Source of the DNA: Camelus ferus
Lineage: Eukaryota
Direction of reading: 5' to 3'
Length of the DNA stretch: 64,000 nt
NCBI RefSeq assembly: GCF_009834535.1
Contig: NC_045697.1
Location: 7,132,001 to 7,196,000 of the forward strand
Below the pieces are notes generated by a model that was given only the letters and a program-made list of their open reading frames with translations, searched no databases and was not told where the DNA came from. Both the position numbers and the translations under genes were made by a program. Shown here piece after piece: positions 52,902 through 64,000 of this stretch (positions within the stretch are counted from its first letter, which is position 1; the number at the start of each line of letters is the position of its first letter).

Positions 52902-54369
52902 CTAGGGAATCCTTTTTGGTGGCTAGTTACCATGGGAGACATAAGAACCTTATTATTTTGGGTGCCAAGGGAACTAGGGGACTCCACTTACTATCTTCAA
53001 GATAAAAATTGAATGACATAGCCTTTATATCCTTTTTAAAGGCAAATCGATCATGGTCATCTTCTTTTGAACAGGGGTGGAGGTTTAAAGAAAAACATAT
53101 AGAGATTTAAAGAAAAAGGCATGGGTATCATTTTTTTGAGATTAAATTCAGCTGAGTAGAAAAAAAAAAAGAATCCTCTCCTCCAAACCAGAAGGCTAGA
53201 AGAAGACAACTGCTGGAAGAGGCAGGTGCACACTTGGGAGAGCATGCTTTAAATTTTGTTCCCTTCAAAAGCATCTGCAAACATCAGAATCTAAAAGAAA
53301 GGAATCACAACTAATGAGATGCCACCTGATTAGAGAAAATCATTTTTAAAATCACCGTGGGTTTTCACTTTTGTGCCAGAAGGCTGAACTTTGTCTGAAT
53401 CTTATTAATAAGAGAGTGATGCCAAGATAACTAGGACGGATAAGGGATAAATACAGTTTGGCTTGATTCAGCTACAAACATCACATGTTCTGAAAGATTA
53501 TTATGAGTGACTTTCAAATTTGTGTAACTCTTTCATAAAGTAGGTTTTTGTTGGACTATAAAAATATTTTTCAATTTCCCTGGATGAGAAATGGCAAAAG
53601 AGGTTAATTAAAAGTCAACTGAAGACTACTTAGGCACTTAAATGTGTAATTTCTTGAGCTTCAAACTTAAATAGCTCAGACTGTAAAAGAGCTGACTATC
53701 ATGATTCATGCCTTTACTCGTTAAAAATTGTTTCATATTTCCTTGGTTCGATTTAAAATCCTGTCCTAAAAGTTTGCAGAATCCTAGGTTTTTAATAAGC
53801 AAGCCCTCATTTAGATGAATGAATGAATCTAAGTTTGCAAGCAAAGAGATGACTAACTTCAAGAGAATCTCTACGGAACCCCAGAACACTAGCTGCAGGT
53901 TTCTACAAAGCTTTTTCACTCATGCTCTCTCTCCAGCCTCTCTGCCCTCCACCCCCACCACCTTCCCTGGCCCTAGGTGGGATTATCCAGCTGGCACCCA
54001 TCTATCAGAATCCTACTCATGGTTCAAGATGTGGTTCAAACTGTTATTGCTCCGGGATGCCTTTCTGACTGTGATGGTCTCTTCTTCTCTTGATTTTCTA
54101 TTACTTTTTGGATGAATCACTCGTCACCTCACAAAGTTTGCATTGTCTTGCTACTTGTCTTTTAATACTTACATGGCTTATCTCTGCACTTACACTGTAG
54201 ATTTCCTGGGATCTGCCAGTCTACCCAGGGCTCTGTAGGGCATCCCTAGCTGGGGCTTGATAGTGGAAGGAATTGCCAAGGCTCCCACGTGGTGCCTACA
54301 GTCAGGATCTGCGTTTGGCTCAGTCTCTACGGGTAAGTTACTCTTTTCATAAAAAGGAGGAAGACTATT

Positions 54370-54585
54370 GCGAATATTAACTAGTATGTATAAAATACAT
54401 GAACAGCAAGTTCACACTGTATAGGGAACTATAGTCAATACCTTGTAGTAACCAATAATGAAAAAGAATATGAAAAGGAGTACGTGTATGTACATGGATG
54501 CCCGAAGCACTATGCTGCACCCCAGAAACTGACACACTGTAAACGGACTATACTTCAATTAAAAAAAAAAAAGAAAAAGAAAAAG
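54370..54585 (+). mobile_element. Short lineage L1 3' end with poly(A)
   Basis: agggaactatagtcaataccttgtagtaacc...ccagaaactgacacactgtaaacggactatacttcaattaaaaaaaaaaaa. Confidence 0.9.
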
Positions 54586-55904
54586 AGAAGGCATAATATG
54601 CATGAATATGTAAGAATCTCTGAAAGAAGGTCAGTATACAAAGTGCAAGGCAGCTGTGGGCTCTTGTGACTGAGTGAGACAGAAAATTCCAGAACCTGGA
54701 AAACAGAGAATTCTAGGCAGGGTTTAAAAGTCATCAGGAGATATTTTCAGAGTGTACTGTAGAAAAATAATCAAATCTTGTTTATTAATATTTAATGTTA
54801 ACTTTGAACATATGTTAAAGGAAGATTAAGAATTTTCTGCCATCACTAATAGAGTCTGAGAAATTGTGCTCATTATGGCCAAGCCATTTGTGTGATATGA
54901 CAGGTAAGCCTTGTGTTACCTTTAAGAGCACCTTTCAGAACGTTTAAGACTCTGAGGCCTTCAGCTACTCTCCAGGCTTCAAGCCATCATATGTATTTCC
55001 CACCCGCCTGGAAGCACCCTTCACTTTACCAGGATAGCTTCTCTGCCAAGAATTTTCTTGTTTTATTTTGTTTTGTGTGTTAATCTTTCCCAGGATAACG
55101 TCACACCTCTCCTTAAGCCTCTCCTCTTCTGAGAAGCAAAGAATTATCTTCTCCCATCTTCCTTCCTCACCCCCAGTTAAGTTAGTTGCTTCTGGCATAT
55201 GCGTTCTTCCACCTGCTAACGCTTTCCTGCTGTAATTTCTTACGTGCTTATCCCTCTTTCCTGCCAGAGTAAAGCTCTGTGAAGGCAGAAACCAAGCCTG
55301 TCTTCTTAGCTGCTGAATCCTTCTTCCCTTGAACAGTGCCTTGATATATTAGGCACTCCGAAAACGTTTGTTGCCAAAAAAAGGACACCTTCCCCAAACT
55401 TCAGGAAAGAAAGGAAGAAATCCAGGCAAAGCAAACTACAGTCTTGTCTTTCAGTTGTATCTGGCTAGAGCTGACCACATTATTGAAGAAGAGATTGACG
55501 TTTCCATTAGAAATCTACTGTGCAGTATTTGTAGCACAACGCATTGATCAGGAAGATAGTAAACAATTTAGAGTTCTCATTTCGTAGGTGAATTGTATTC
55601 ACTTTCAACTACATGGGGTGTGTTATCCTAAAGTTTCCCATTAAAGAATCAGAACAAATTGTTTTATAGAGCTATGTCTAGATTCTGTGGCTCCCACCTG
55701 ATTATTGCTGCTTATTTTTGTCCCCAGAATGCAGACTACGTTTCAGTGTCCACCTTAGACAAAGGCAGCCATGCCTAAGAATTGTTATTAGCACAAACTC
55801 ATAGTTGCTGATCACTTATTATGTCAGTCACCATATTAAGTTATTGTCATCAATTACTGAAGACTTCAACCCCTGTATGAAGTCAGTACTATTATTATCC
55901 CAAT

Positions 55905-56450
55905 TCATTAATCTATTCACCAGACATGTATTGAGTTCCTGCCCCATACAAGGCATTGAAATAAGCATCAGGGAATGCAGTAGGGATTAAAGTAGCTGTA
56001 AATTTTTGCCTTCTTGAAACATGCACCCTAGTGGAGCAGAAGACAGAAATAAGACAAAAATCAATTATGTTAAATGTTGAATGTCATAAACAAGCCTAGC
56101 AAGGAAGGGAAAAGGGGGTGCTGGGCTCTGCATTTGCATGGAACGCTCAGAGAAGGCTTCACTGATAAGGGACATGTGAGCAGAAATAGGAAGGAGGAGG
56201 AGATGGAGGCATTCAGATATCCGGGGAAGAACACTTCAGGCAAATGGAAGAGCACGCACAGAATCCCGAGGTAGGAGCAGGTGGAATACATGGGACCAGG
56301 AGTGAAGTCAGCGTAGCTAGAATATAAGAAGTGAATGAACAAGGCGGCAACTGTGAAGGAGGGACCGGTTGCCTGGGGTCTTATGGGTTATTTGGAGGAT
56401 TGAGGTTTCATTCTGAATGACAGAACGTGTTGTAGGGGTTTTGAGATGAA
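55905..56450 (-). mobile_element. L2 fragment
   Basis: ttcattaatctattcaccagacatgtattgagttcctg...ctcagagaaggcttcactgataagggacatgtgagcaga. Confidence 0.7.
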
Positions 56451-56704
56451 AACCACACGAGCTGGCTCACAGCTTGGCCCGTCGGAGGTCCCCAGCTGCT
56501 GCTCTTCAGCTGCGAGTCTCCTTCAAGCCACCCTGCTTTCTCACGCCTCTCGGCTCTTCCCAAGCTGCCCTTTCTCTTGGAATTGCTGCCTTTTCTCCGG
56601 GGTTCAGATGAAGCGCTCTCTTCTTCAGAAACCTTTCCTCTGCCACCTCCTGCTAGTCTCATCTAGGCGTCCCTTCTCTGTGTTCCTGCTCACATCATAT
56701 CAGT

Positions 56705-56961
56705 TTCTTTCAAAGACTCCTGACACAAGCAAGAGACGCATTTTACGTCGTGACTTGGTACACAAACCTCCACATTCACAGCCTCCAACACAATTGAAGC
56801 ACTCTTGTTTCACCGGATGCTTGCGTCTTCGCTGCTGTGCAACACGCACTGATATATATTCTGGCCTGTTTTATTTCTTTTTGTTAAAATGCTGTCTGCA
56901 GCCTACTAAATTGATTTAATGACCTGCCGATGGGTCTCAACATACAGCATGAAAAACACTG
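56705..56961. mobile_element. hAT-Charlie-type MITE (subfamily uncertain)
   Basis: Right end ctactaaattgatttaatgacc...gatgggtctcaac...gaaaaacactg is a typical Charlie-type terminus. Confidence 0.65.
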
Positions 56962-57389
56962 CCCTCTACAGACCCTCATTAACACACTCGGCTCAAAATA
57001 CTGACATCATTAGTATACTTGTCTGTTTCCCCTGGCAGGCAGTAAACTCTGAGGGTAGAGAGCATATCTTATTCTTCCTTTTTCTTCTATTTTAGCACCA
57101 GTACATGTCTGAGGAATGAATAAGTGAATGCGTGCATGCTCTGAAGTCTTGACAGCCGTCTACTTGGAGTTTGAAAAGGTAAGCAAGTTCCCAGGACATT
57201 GAAATGTTTACATTAGACTTCGTGGAAGTTTCTCCCTTGCCCAATGGCTGTACTCCTCTATTGTGCCTTGGATGCCAATGGTAAGGTCAGCCCAGGAGTC
57301 TTACTGCTCTGGAAAGTTCTCTTTTCCCACTTCATGTGTGTTGTCAGGACAGGAGCTACCACGATCATACAGAGCTATTTATTTGGCCT

Positions 57390-57625
57390 TAGATGATGGC
57401 CCAAGGGTGGGCACCCAATAGGAGGTGAGCTGTTTTCTAAGTCTGGACCAGAAGGAATGTGAGTCAGTCCGTCCCCAGAGATTGGGAGACATGTTTCCTG
57501 CTACACGGAGCAAGCCCATCTGTAGAAAGAGAGTGAGGGTGATGCAGGGACTATAGGCACAAGCAGGGGTAGAGACTGAGAAAGAGGACACATTGTAGCA
57601 GCATCCTGAGCCCCTGGTTCCAGTT
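57390..57625 (+). mobile_element. ERVL LTR fragment (LTR33-like), truncated
   Basis: agagactgagaaagaggac...cctgagcccctggttccagtt resembles LTR33. Confidence 0.45.
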
Positions 57626-57627
57626 GG

Positions 57628-57659
<32 letters not shown>

Positions 57660-57927
57660 ATGGAATACTACTCAGCCACAAAAAAGAATAAAATAAAGCC
57701 ATTTGCAGCAATGTGGATGGACCTGGAAATCGCCATTCTAAGTGAAGTAAGCCAGAAAGAGAAAGAAAAAATACCATATGATATCACTTCTATGTGGGAT
57801 CTAAAAAAAAAAGACATATGAACTTATTTACAAAACAGAAGCAGACTCACCGACATAGAGAACAGACTCGTGGGTACCAGGGGGTAAAGAGGGTAGGAAG
57901 GGATAAACTGGGAATTTGAAATTTGCA
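57626..57927 (+). mobile_element. Lineage L1 fragment lacking its own 3' terminus
   Basis: acaatggaatactactcagccac...ctaagtgaagtaagccagaaagagaaag...gggataaactgggaatttgaaatttgca, then breaks off. Confidence 0.88.
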
Positions 57928-57929
57928 CC

Positions 57930-58075
57930 TCTAGGGAATGATGGAAATGTTAGGTATCGTGATTGTGGCGGTGGTTTCATAGGTGTGTACATCAAAATTC
58001 ATCACATTGTACGTCTGGAATATGCATAGCTTACTGTAAAGAAATTACACCTCAACAAAGTTGTTTAAAAGAAAA
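57930..58075 (+). mobile_element. Older L1 (L1MB/ME-like) 3' terminus
   Basis: gaatgatggaaatgtt...gattgtggcggtggtttcataggtgtgtacatcaaaattcatcacattgtac...aattacacctcaacaaagttg. Confidence 0.8.
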
Positions 58076-59809
58076 CAATGGGCCCTATGTTTCTCCCATT
58101 AAGTCATTTAACCCTGTGTTCAAATGCCTCAGTATTTGGTGGACACCAAATTCCCCTTTTACTTTTGCCAATTTGATGTCGGTTTTCCGTCACTGGGAAA
58201 CAGAATTCCCAGATCACACATATGACTTGTCAGAGTCCCAGACGAGCATCTGGTCAGGTGCACTGTGACTGGTGGTTGTGACTAAGACTCTGTTCCAGAC
58301 ACCACCATCACCCCAAGTCAACCAGGAAGGCGGCCACGGAATGTTTTGCTTGGGAGGACAAAGATTCTTCAGTTTAGACCAGGAGACACAGCCAGGGTTG
58401 CTCTGGAAAGAAAAGGAGGAGGGTTTTTTCTTCCCACTTATACACTAGAAGAGCTTGGAGAAATCATTTTACACAATGTATGCTGGTGTTTTGTTCCTCG
58501 ATACTTTCATCGATAAAATCAACACAGTTCTAAGTTTTCTTTTGCAGATTTAAAAAGATCCCAAATGTGAAGAATATAGCTCATTTTTGACAAAAAGTAA
58601 CACTCAGTATATGTCTTCTGACCCTCCTTTTCTTGTAAAAGTCATGAGGTCGCCTTCTAATTTTTCAATCATGCTCCTTTTTAAAAGTTAATTGTCTTTG
58701 GTAAAGCAGAGATGTCCTATGGCCGAACTGTTCTTTTTCTTTAGTTTTCTAGTCTCTTCTCATTTGCTGAATTGCTCAAACTCCCCGTGATTTGAATGTT
58801 TGGTCTGAGTCATAAATAGTGGTAATGACACCGCATCAAATAAAGATGGTTTCATTTTTCAGAGCCGTCCTGGAAATGACTTGCTAATGCCCCAACATGG
58901 CGCTAGACAACACGTATTTCCCTGGATAGAGCAACCTCCCCCATCGACAATTACTGCCTCGGCAAAATTGCCTGTCCCTCTTTCCCAGATGGATAATGAA
59001 GCAGCTTGTCTTGTCAGAGCCTGATGCTGAATTGTCAGGAAAGACTGAGTTTCGGAACCTGCGAGAATCTCGCAGCGGCCAGCATCTCACCGCGGGAGGC
59101 AGCCAGTGTGGCTGCCAGATTTGACTTCTCACTTGCGTGTGTTCGCCTGAGAACCTCAGGATCCTACCTTTGAGTCCTGGGGTGGCCTGTGTCATTTCAG
59201 CCCGTCAGGCCGAGGTGGCTTTGTGCTGGGATAGTGTCCTGAATCCTGGGCACACTGGCATAAAGCCCTGTCTGCATCCTGGCCCAGAAAAAACAGCGGG
59301 TGGAAAATATGGCGATGGTGGTAGTTCCATGTCTTTCTCCTGTGTCTGAAGAGCTCCAGCACCTGGAAAAACAGTGCATAGAATTGTAGGTCAATGAAGA
59401 CAGAGAACCACAGAAGAAGTTGAATATAATCTAGACCCGGGTTCTCAATGGGCAGAGGTGGGCCTGGGGTAGATTGGGAGAATGAAGATGGGTCAAAATC
59501 TCCTGTGGATTTTGGCCATATTATCCAAGACCCTCTGCTTTGAATTCTGATATTCAAGGAGACTGTCAGGATTAATTTCTCTCTGGTTGTTCGATTTACA
59601 ATTAAACGGATCTCCCAGATGACTTCAATATCATTACCACACTCAGAAACGTAACTTTCCCCCAGCCCATTCCTCCCTGGAAACCCCCTTTACTGTCATG
59701 GCCATGGATTCAATTACAGTGTTCTTACATTACATAGGAGAGAAAACTGGGTGCTGGTGGAGTTGGCCCTGGAATTTAGTGCTCGGGCCTCTTGATTAGT
59801 TTTTTGATT

Positions 59810-59975
59810 GATTTTTTGTTTTTTATTTGTGAAGTATAGTCACTTTACAATGTTGCGTCAGTTTCTGGTGTGCAGCACGATGCTTCAGTCACACGTGAAT
59901 GTGCATATAGTCATTTTCATATTCCCTGTCACCGTAAGCTACTACAAGATATGGAGTATAGTTCCCTGTGCTATA
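59810..59975 (-). mobile_element. Very short lineage L1 3' end
   Basis: gaagtatagtcactttacaatgttgcgtcagtttctggtgtgcagc...atagttccctgtgctata. Confidence 0.88.
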
Positions 59976-60286
59976 AGCTTTCTTTTCAATATTACACCAA
60001 CTCTCCCAGACTCAGAACCCTCTACCCCACCCCACCTCACAATCTCCTTGCGCCCCAAGAAGAGACCGTACTCCCCTTGCAATCAGTGCCACGACTGCGG
60101 AGAAGACGGCTTTGACATCACTTAGCTCATTCACCTCCTGCTTTTCTGCAGACTATGACTCAAGACTCAAAGGAGGAAAGTGGGGTCTTTAAGATGAACA
60201 AGCCTGTTAGTGAAAGAAGGAGGCCTAGTGCTTACGTTGATGGAACCTAATTTGCTTTGCTTTGTCTGATCATGTTCATTACTTCT

Positions 60287-61075
60287 TTTTATTTTTTATT
60301 AAGTATAGTTGACTTATGATGCTGTTAGCTTTTGATGTACAGCATGGTGTTTCAGTTACACATCTATGTGTATTCTTTTTCATATTCTTTTCATTATAGG
60401 TTATTACAAGTTATTGAATATAGTTCCCTGTGCTGTACTGCAGGGTCTTGTTGGTTATCTATTTTATGTATAATAGTCTGTATTGGTTAATCCCAAACTC
60501 CAAATTCATTCCTCCCCCAATATCCCCTTTGGTAACTATAAATTTGTTTTCTATGTCTGTGACTCTACTTCTGTTTTGTAAATAAGTTCATTTGCCTCAT
60601 TTTTTTTAGATTCCACATATAAGTGATATCATATGACATTTGTCTTTCTCTGACTTACTTCACTTAGTATGATGATCTCTAGGTCCATCCATGTTGCTGC
60701 AAATGGCATTAATTTTTATGGCTGAGTGGTATTCCATTGTATACATATATCACAAATTCTTTATCCAGTCATCTGTCCATGGACTTTTAGGTTGTTTCCA
60801 TGTCTTGGCTATTTAAGTAGTGATGTTATGAACATTCTGGTGCATGTATCTTTTCAAATTGGAGTTCTCTCCAGATATATGCTCAGGAGTGGGATTGCTG
60901 GGTCATGAGATACGTCTACTTTTAGTTTTTAAGGAATCTCCATACTGTTTTCCACAGTGGCTTCCCCAAATTACATTCCCACCAACAGTGTAGGAGGGTT
61001 CCCTTTTCTCCACACCCTCTCCAGCATTTATCGTTTGTGGACTTTTGAATGATGGCCATTCTGACTGGTGTGACA
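60287..61075 (-). mobile_element. ~0.8 kb 5'-truncated L1 with TSD
   Basis: Antisense L1 from tail to gccattctgactggtgtga; TSD TTCATTACT at 60275-60283 and 61076-61084. Confidence 0.92.
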
Positions 61076-61511
61076 TTCATTACTGCTGTCAGATATCTTT
61101 TTGTGATGTGATCAATATTAATTTAAAAATGACATATGGATTTGTGGCACAGATCACCACACTGTATTGTCATCTCAACATCATGCGTGTCCAGGGTGAA
61201 AAAGGAAAGATCCCTCCTTTCAAGGATCCTACGTACAGGCACAGAGGTTGGAGGACGTGTACTATGGCAAAGCTACTCAAGAATGCAGTCAGCTATGGTA
61301 GTGTTGTTCATGCAGAATTTAAAAAAAAAAGAATAACCACATTAAAAAGCTGCAGCAACAAAACCAGTGTTGATACGGAAACGTTGTGGACTTTTCCCTG
61401 ATACTCATTCTGCACGATGACAGCGTCTCTGTTTTCCTCTGGGAGTCATTCCTCCCGTCTCATCCACGTGATCTGAGCACATCAGGAGGAAGGACTGTGA
61501 CCCAAGACTCG

Positions 61512-61954
61512 TGTGTTCGATTTCTTGGTACAACTGTAACAAACTACCACAAGCTTAGAGAATTATTATTCTAGAGGTCAGAAGTCCAAAATGGTTCTCG
61601 TGGGGCTAAAATCATGGTGTCATCAGGCAAGGCTGACTCCTTGCAGAGGCTCCAGGAAGAGAACATGTTCTCTGTCACTTCCAGCTTGCACTTCCTGCTG
61701 GCATTCCTTGGCTTGTGGTTACTTTGATTACCGATTCCATCATCACATTGCCTGACGTCTGACCCTTCTGCCTCCCTCTTATAAGAGCCCTTGTGATTAC
61801 CTTGGGTGCACCCCAATCATCCACGATAATCTTTTCATCTCAAGATCCTTAACTTAACCACATCTGAAAGGTCTCTTTTGTCATGGAAGTTATGATAGTC
61901 ATAGTTTCCTGGGACTATTGAACGTCTTTGGGGCACTGTTAACTGGCCTACCAC
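61512..61954 (-). mobile_element. MaLR LTR (MLT1C/D-like)
   Basis: tgtaacaaactaccacaagcttag...ttctagaggtcagaagtccaaaat...catctcaagatccttaacttaaccacatctg...cctaccaca. Confidence 0.85.
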
Positions 61955-63094
61955 AATTTATCAATCAAAGCATCAAATTCTCCCAGCAATTGTTGTCGTT
62001 TGGGTGAACAAGTGACTCCAATCAGAGGGACTCCTGGGACTTGTGCAGGCGCTAACAGGAAGAGGCTCTCCCCCCTGGCCTTGGGCTGGGGGCATTGGGA
62101 AGCACCTGCTTCACCGCAGCCCCCCTGCCAAACCATGGTCAGGGCTCGTCTCCTAGCGAGAGTCACTCCATTGACTGAATCTCTTGGTCGGGTCTACAGC
62201 TGGACTTTCTATTTTGGAAGTAAATGTGCTTCCATTTGCCGAAACTGGTTGATATTCTTTTTGTCATATGCAATCATAGAAAGTCCTCTTAGTGATAAAC
62301 AATATAATTTTATTGTGTTCTTACTTTCTACCCAGTGCCCTCCTAAGAGTTCTACACAGATCATCTCACTTTGCCCTCACACAGCCCTGCAATAACCTGT
62401 TGCCTGTTACTGTCCTCACTTTGTATGTGGAAGTTTGAGGCTTACGCAGTTTGAGGGTCCAGCTCAAGGACACAGAGCAGGTTAGCAGGATGTCCTGGAT
62501 CTCACATTCTGTTTTCAGAGATTTAAGCACTCTGCTAAAAGTATCTTTGCTACATTACAGGAAAAGCCTGGGTAAAACGGTAAGGTCTCTATAATAAAAT
62601 TATAACAATGTAAACAAACTCTGCATAACAACCGTCACAGGAAGAGGTGATAGCTCTTGGGAGCACTAGGATACTTTTTTCGGAAAAAAAGTATGTTCTA
62701 TTTTTTTAATAATTAGTTTATCACTTTTTAAAAATGGAAAATAGCTTTTATTTAACCAGAGATAAGCTCCTTCCCTACAAAACTGTGTGTGGGTGTCAAT
62801 TTTGTGATCATAAGAACAGCAGATAAGGTTTTGAAGCCTAGTGTAACCGTCTGCTAATTGCTGCATTTACCTCCATTCTTACTGGGAGTTGGACTGAAAA
62901 TGCACATGTGTGTGTCGCCCATCGTGCTGTTGACACTAATAGGAAACTTACGGTTATTGTTTCCTGGCAGAGCGCTGGATAAGCAGGTCTCTGATAGACA
63001 GAACTCTAGTAGGGTTTTGAAATGAGTTTGTTTTCCAGCAGACAGAAAACTTAAATGTGCGTTGACGTGCGTCTCTGCAGAATTCCATCATGAG

Positions 63095-63242
63095 AGAGGG
63101 AGGGTATAGCTCAAGTGGTAGAGTGCATGCTTGGCATACACAAAGCCCTGGGTCCAACCCAGAGCACCTCCTCCAAAAATAAATGAATGAGTAAACCTAA
63201 TCACCTCCCCCCACCCCCCAAATTATTTTTAATTAAAAAAAA
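63095..63242 (+). mobile_element. Vic-1-type camelid tRNA-Ala-derived SINE with 16-bp TSD
   Basis: gggagggtatagctcaagtggtagagtgcatgcttggcat...ctgggtccaacc...aaacctaatcacctccccc + A tail; TSD AGAATTC(C/T)ATCATGAG at 63079-63094 and 63243-63258. Confidence 0.9.
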
Positions 63243-63669
63243 AGAATTCTATCATGAGCACTTTTTCAACTTGCCATTGAGATATTAACTTGGTTAGTGA
63301 ATTCCTCTTTGACTTTTCCTTCTCACCGTGTCACACCATCTCATTTAATCCTTCCAAAAACTGTAGGAGGTGGGGAAAACTTTATTTTTCAGATGAGGAA
63401 CCTGCAGCTATGAGGTTATGCAATTTGCTCAAGGTCATGTGGCAAGTAAGAGTGACAGCTGAGACTAGAACTTGGGTCTTTCTGATCCCAGAGACTATAT
63501 CCCTTCACTTCACATGCCTGGGTTTTCATCTCCGAAATTCTGTAGCTTTACACGAAGCATCACATGGCTTAGTGTCCAAATGTGAGCCATCTTCCTCGTT
63601 CTGGTGTTGTTTTATTTATATTCATCATAACTGTACAGCTTTGTGTTTATACAGCACTTACTACTGAGA

Positions 63670-63860
63670 AAGAGTGAAACTCAGGCGACCATATGAGCTT
63701 CAGAATTAGACTTGGATTTGGGTCCTGGCCCTACAAAAGGGGACAGTGTAACCTTGGGCACTTTACATAGCTTTGCCAGACTCTGGTTTCCTCATCTGAA
63801 AGTGGAGGAAATAACTGCACCCTCACAGGTTTGCTGAGAACAGTAGTAAAGACGTACTCC
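63670..63860 (+). mobile_element. MIR SINE
   Basis: gtgtaaccttgggcac...gtttcctcatctgaaagtggaggaaataactgcaccctcacaggtttgctgaga. Confidence 0.75.
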
Positions 63861-64000
63861 CAAAGTCTGTCACAGTGGAAGCTGGGTACGTGTTCAGTTT
63901 TCTTTCTCCTTTCAGCAGGTTGGGTCAGCTCAGTGAACACATGGCCTGATGTACTAGCTAAATTAAATGAAATCTAAAACTCTTCTTTCCTGTTCCCTGA

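Noticed and set aside
63098..63170. tRNA-Ala-like sequence
   Set aside because: Degenerate B box, SINE body, A tail and TSD show it is a SINE head, not a tRNA gene
1..64000. A novel multi-gene or prokaryote-type system (operon, CRISPR, defence locus, intact ERV or transposase)
   Set aside because: No intact coding sequence seen; the content is explained by one CpG-island first exon, intron/intergenic DNA and decayed mammalian repeats

Overview
Mammalian genomic DNA, most likely camelid (camel/alpaca/llama): it carries a Vic-1-type tRNA-Ala-derived SINE and many short lineage L1 3' ends, and I saw no Alu, Bov, PRE or SINEC elements. I can support no protein-coding exon in the window; the ORF-track hits are GC-rich or repeat-derived noise. 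The one genic feature is a ~2.4 kb CpG island (~15985-18420) containing a minus-strand first exon that ends ...GGCGCGGCTCAG|GTGAGT at 17435. That exon end matches my recollection of the non-coding exon 1 of HS3ST1 (heparan sulfate 3-O-sulfotransferase 1), whose coding exon would lie left of the window; this is from memory and needs BLAST. On that reading 1-17434 is intron 1 and ~18.4-64 kb is upstream intergenic DNA rich in MIR, L2, L3, old L1M, MaLR LTRs and hAT MITEs. I found no convincing novel biological system. The best leads are a 20-codon uORF ending exactly at the exon-1 donor, extra donors in the island, a possible upstream promoter at ~21.8 kb, a 79-bp dispersed duplication and several rearranged transposon junctions. 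Repeat subfamily names are by-eye calls and their boundaries are approximate.
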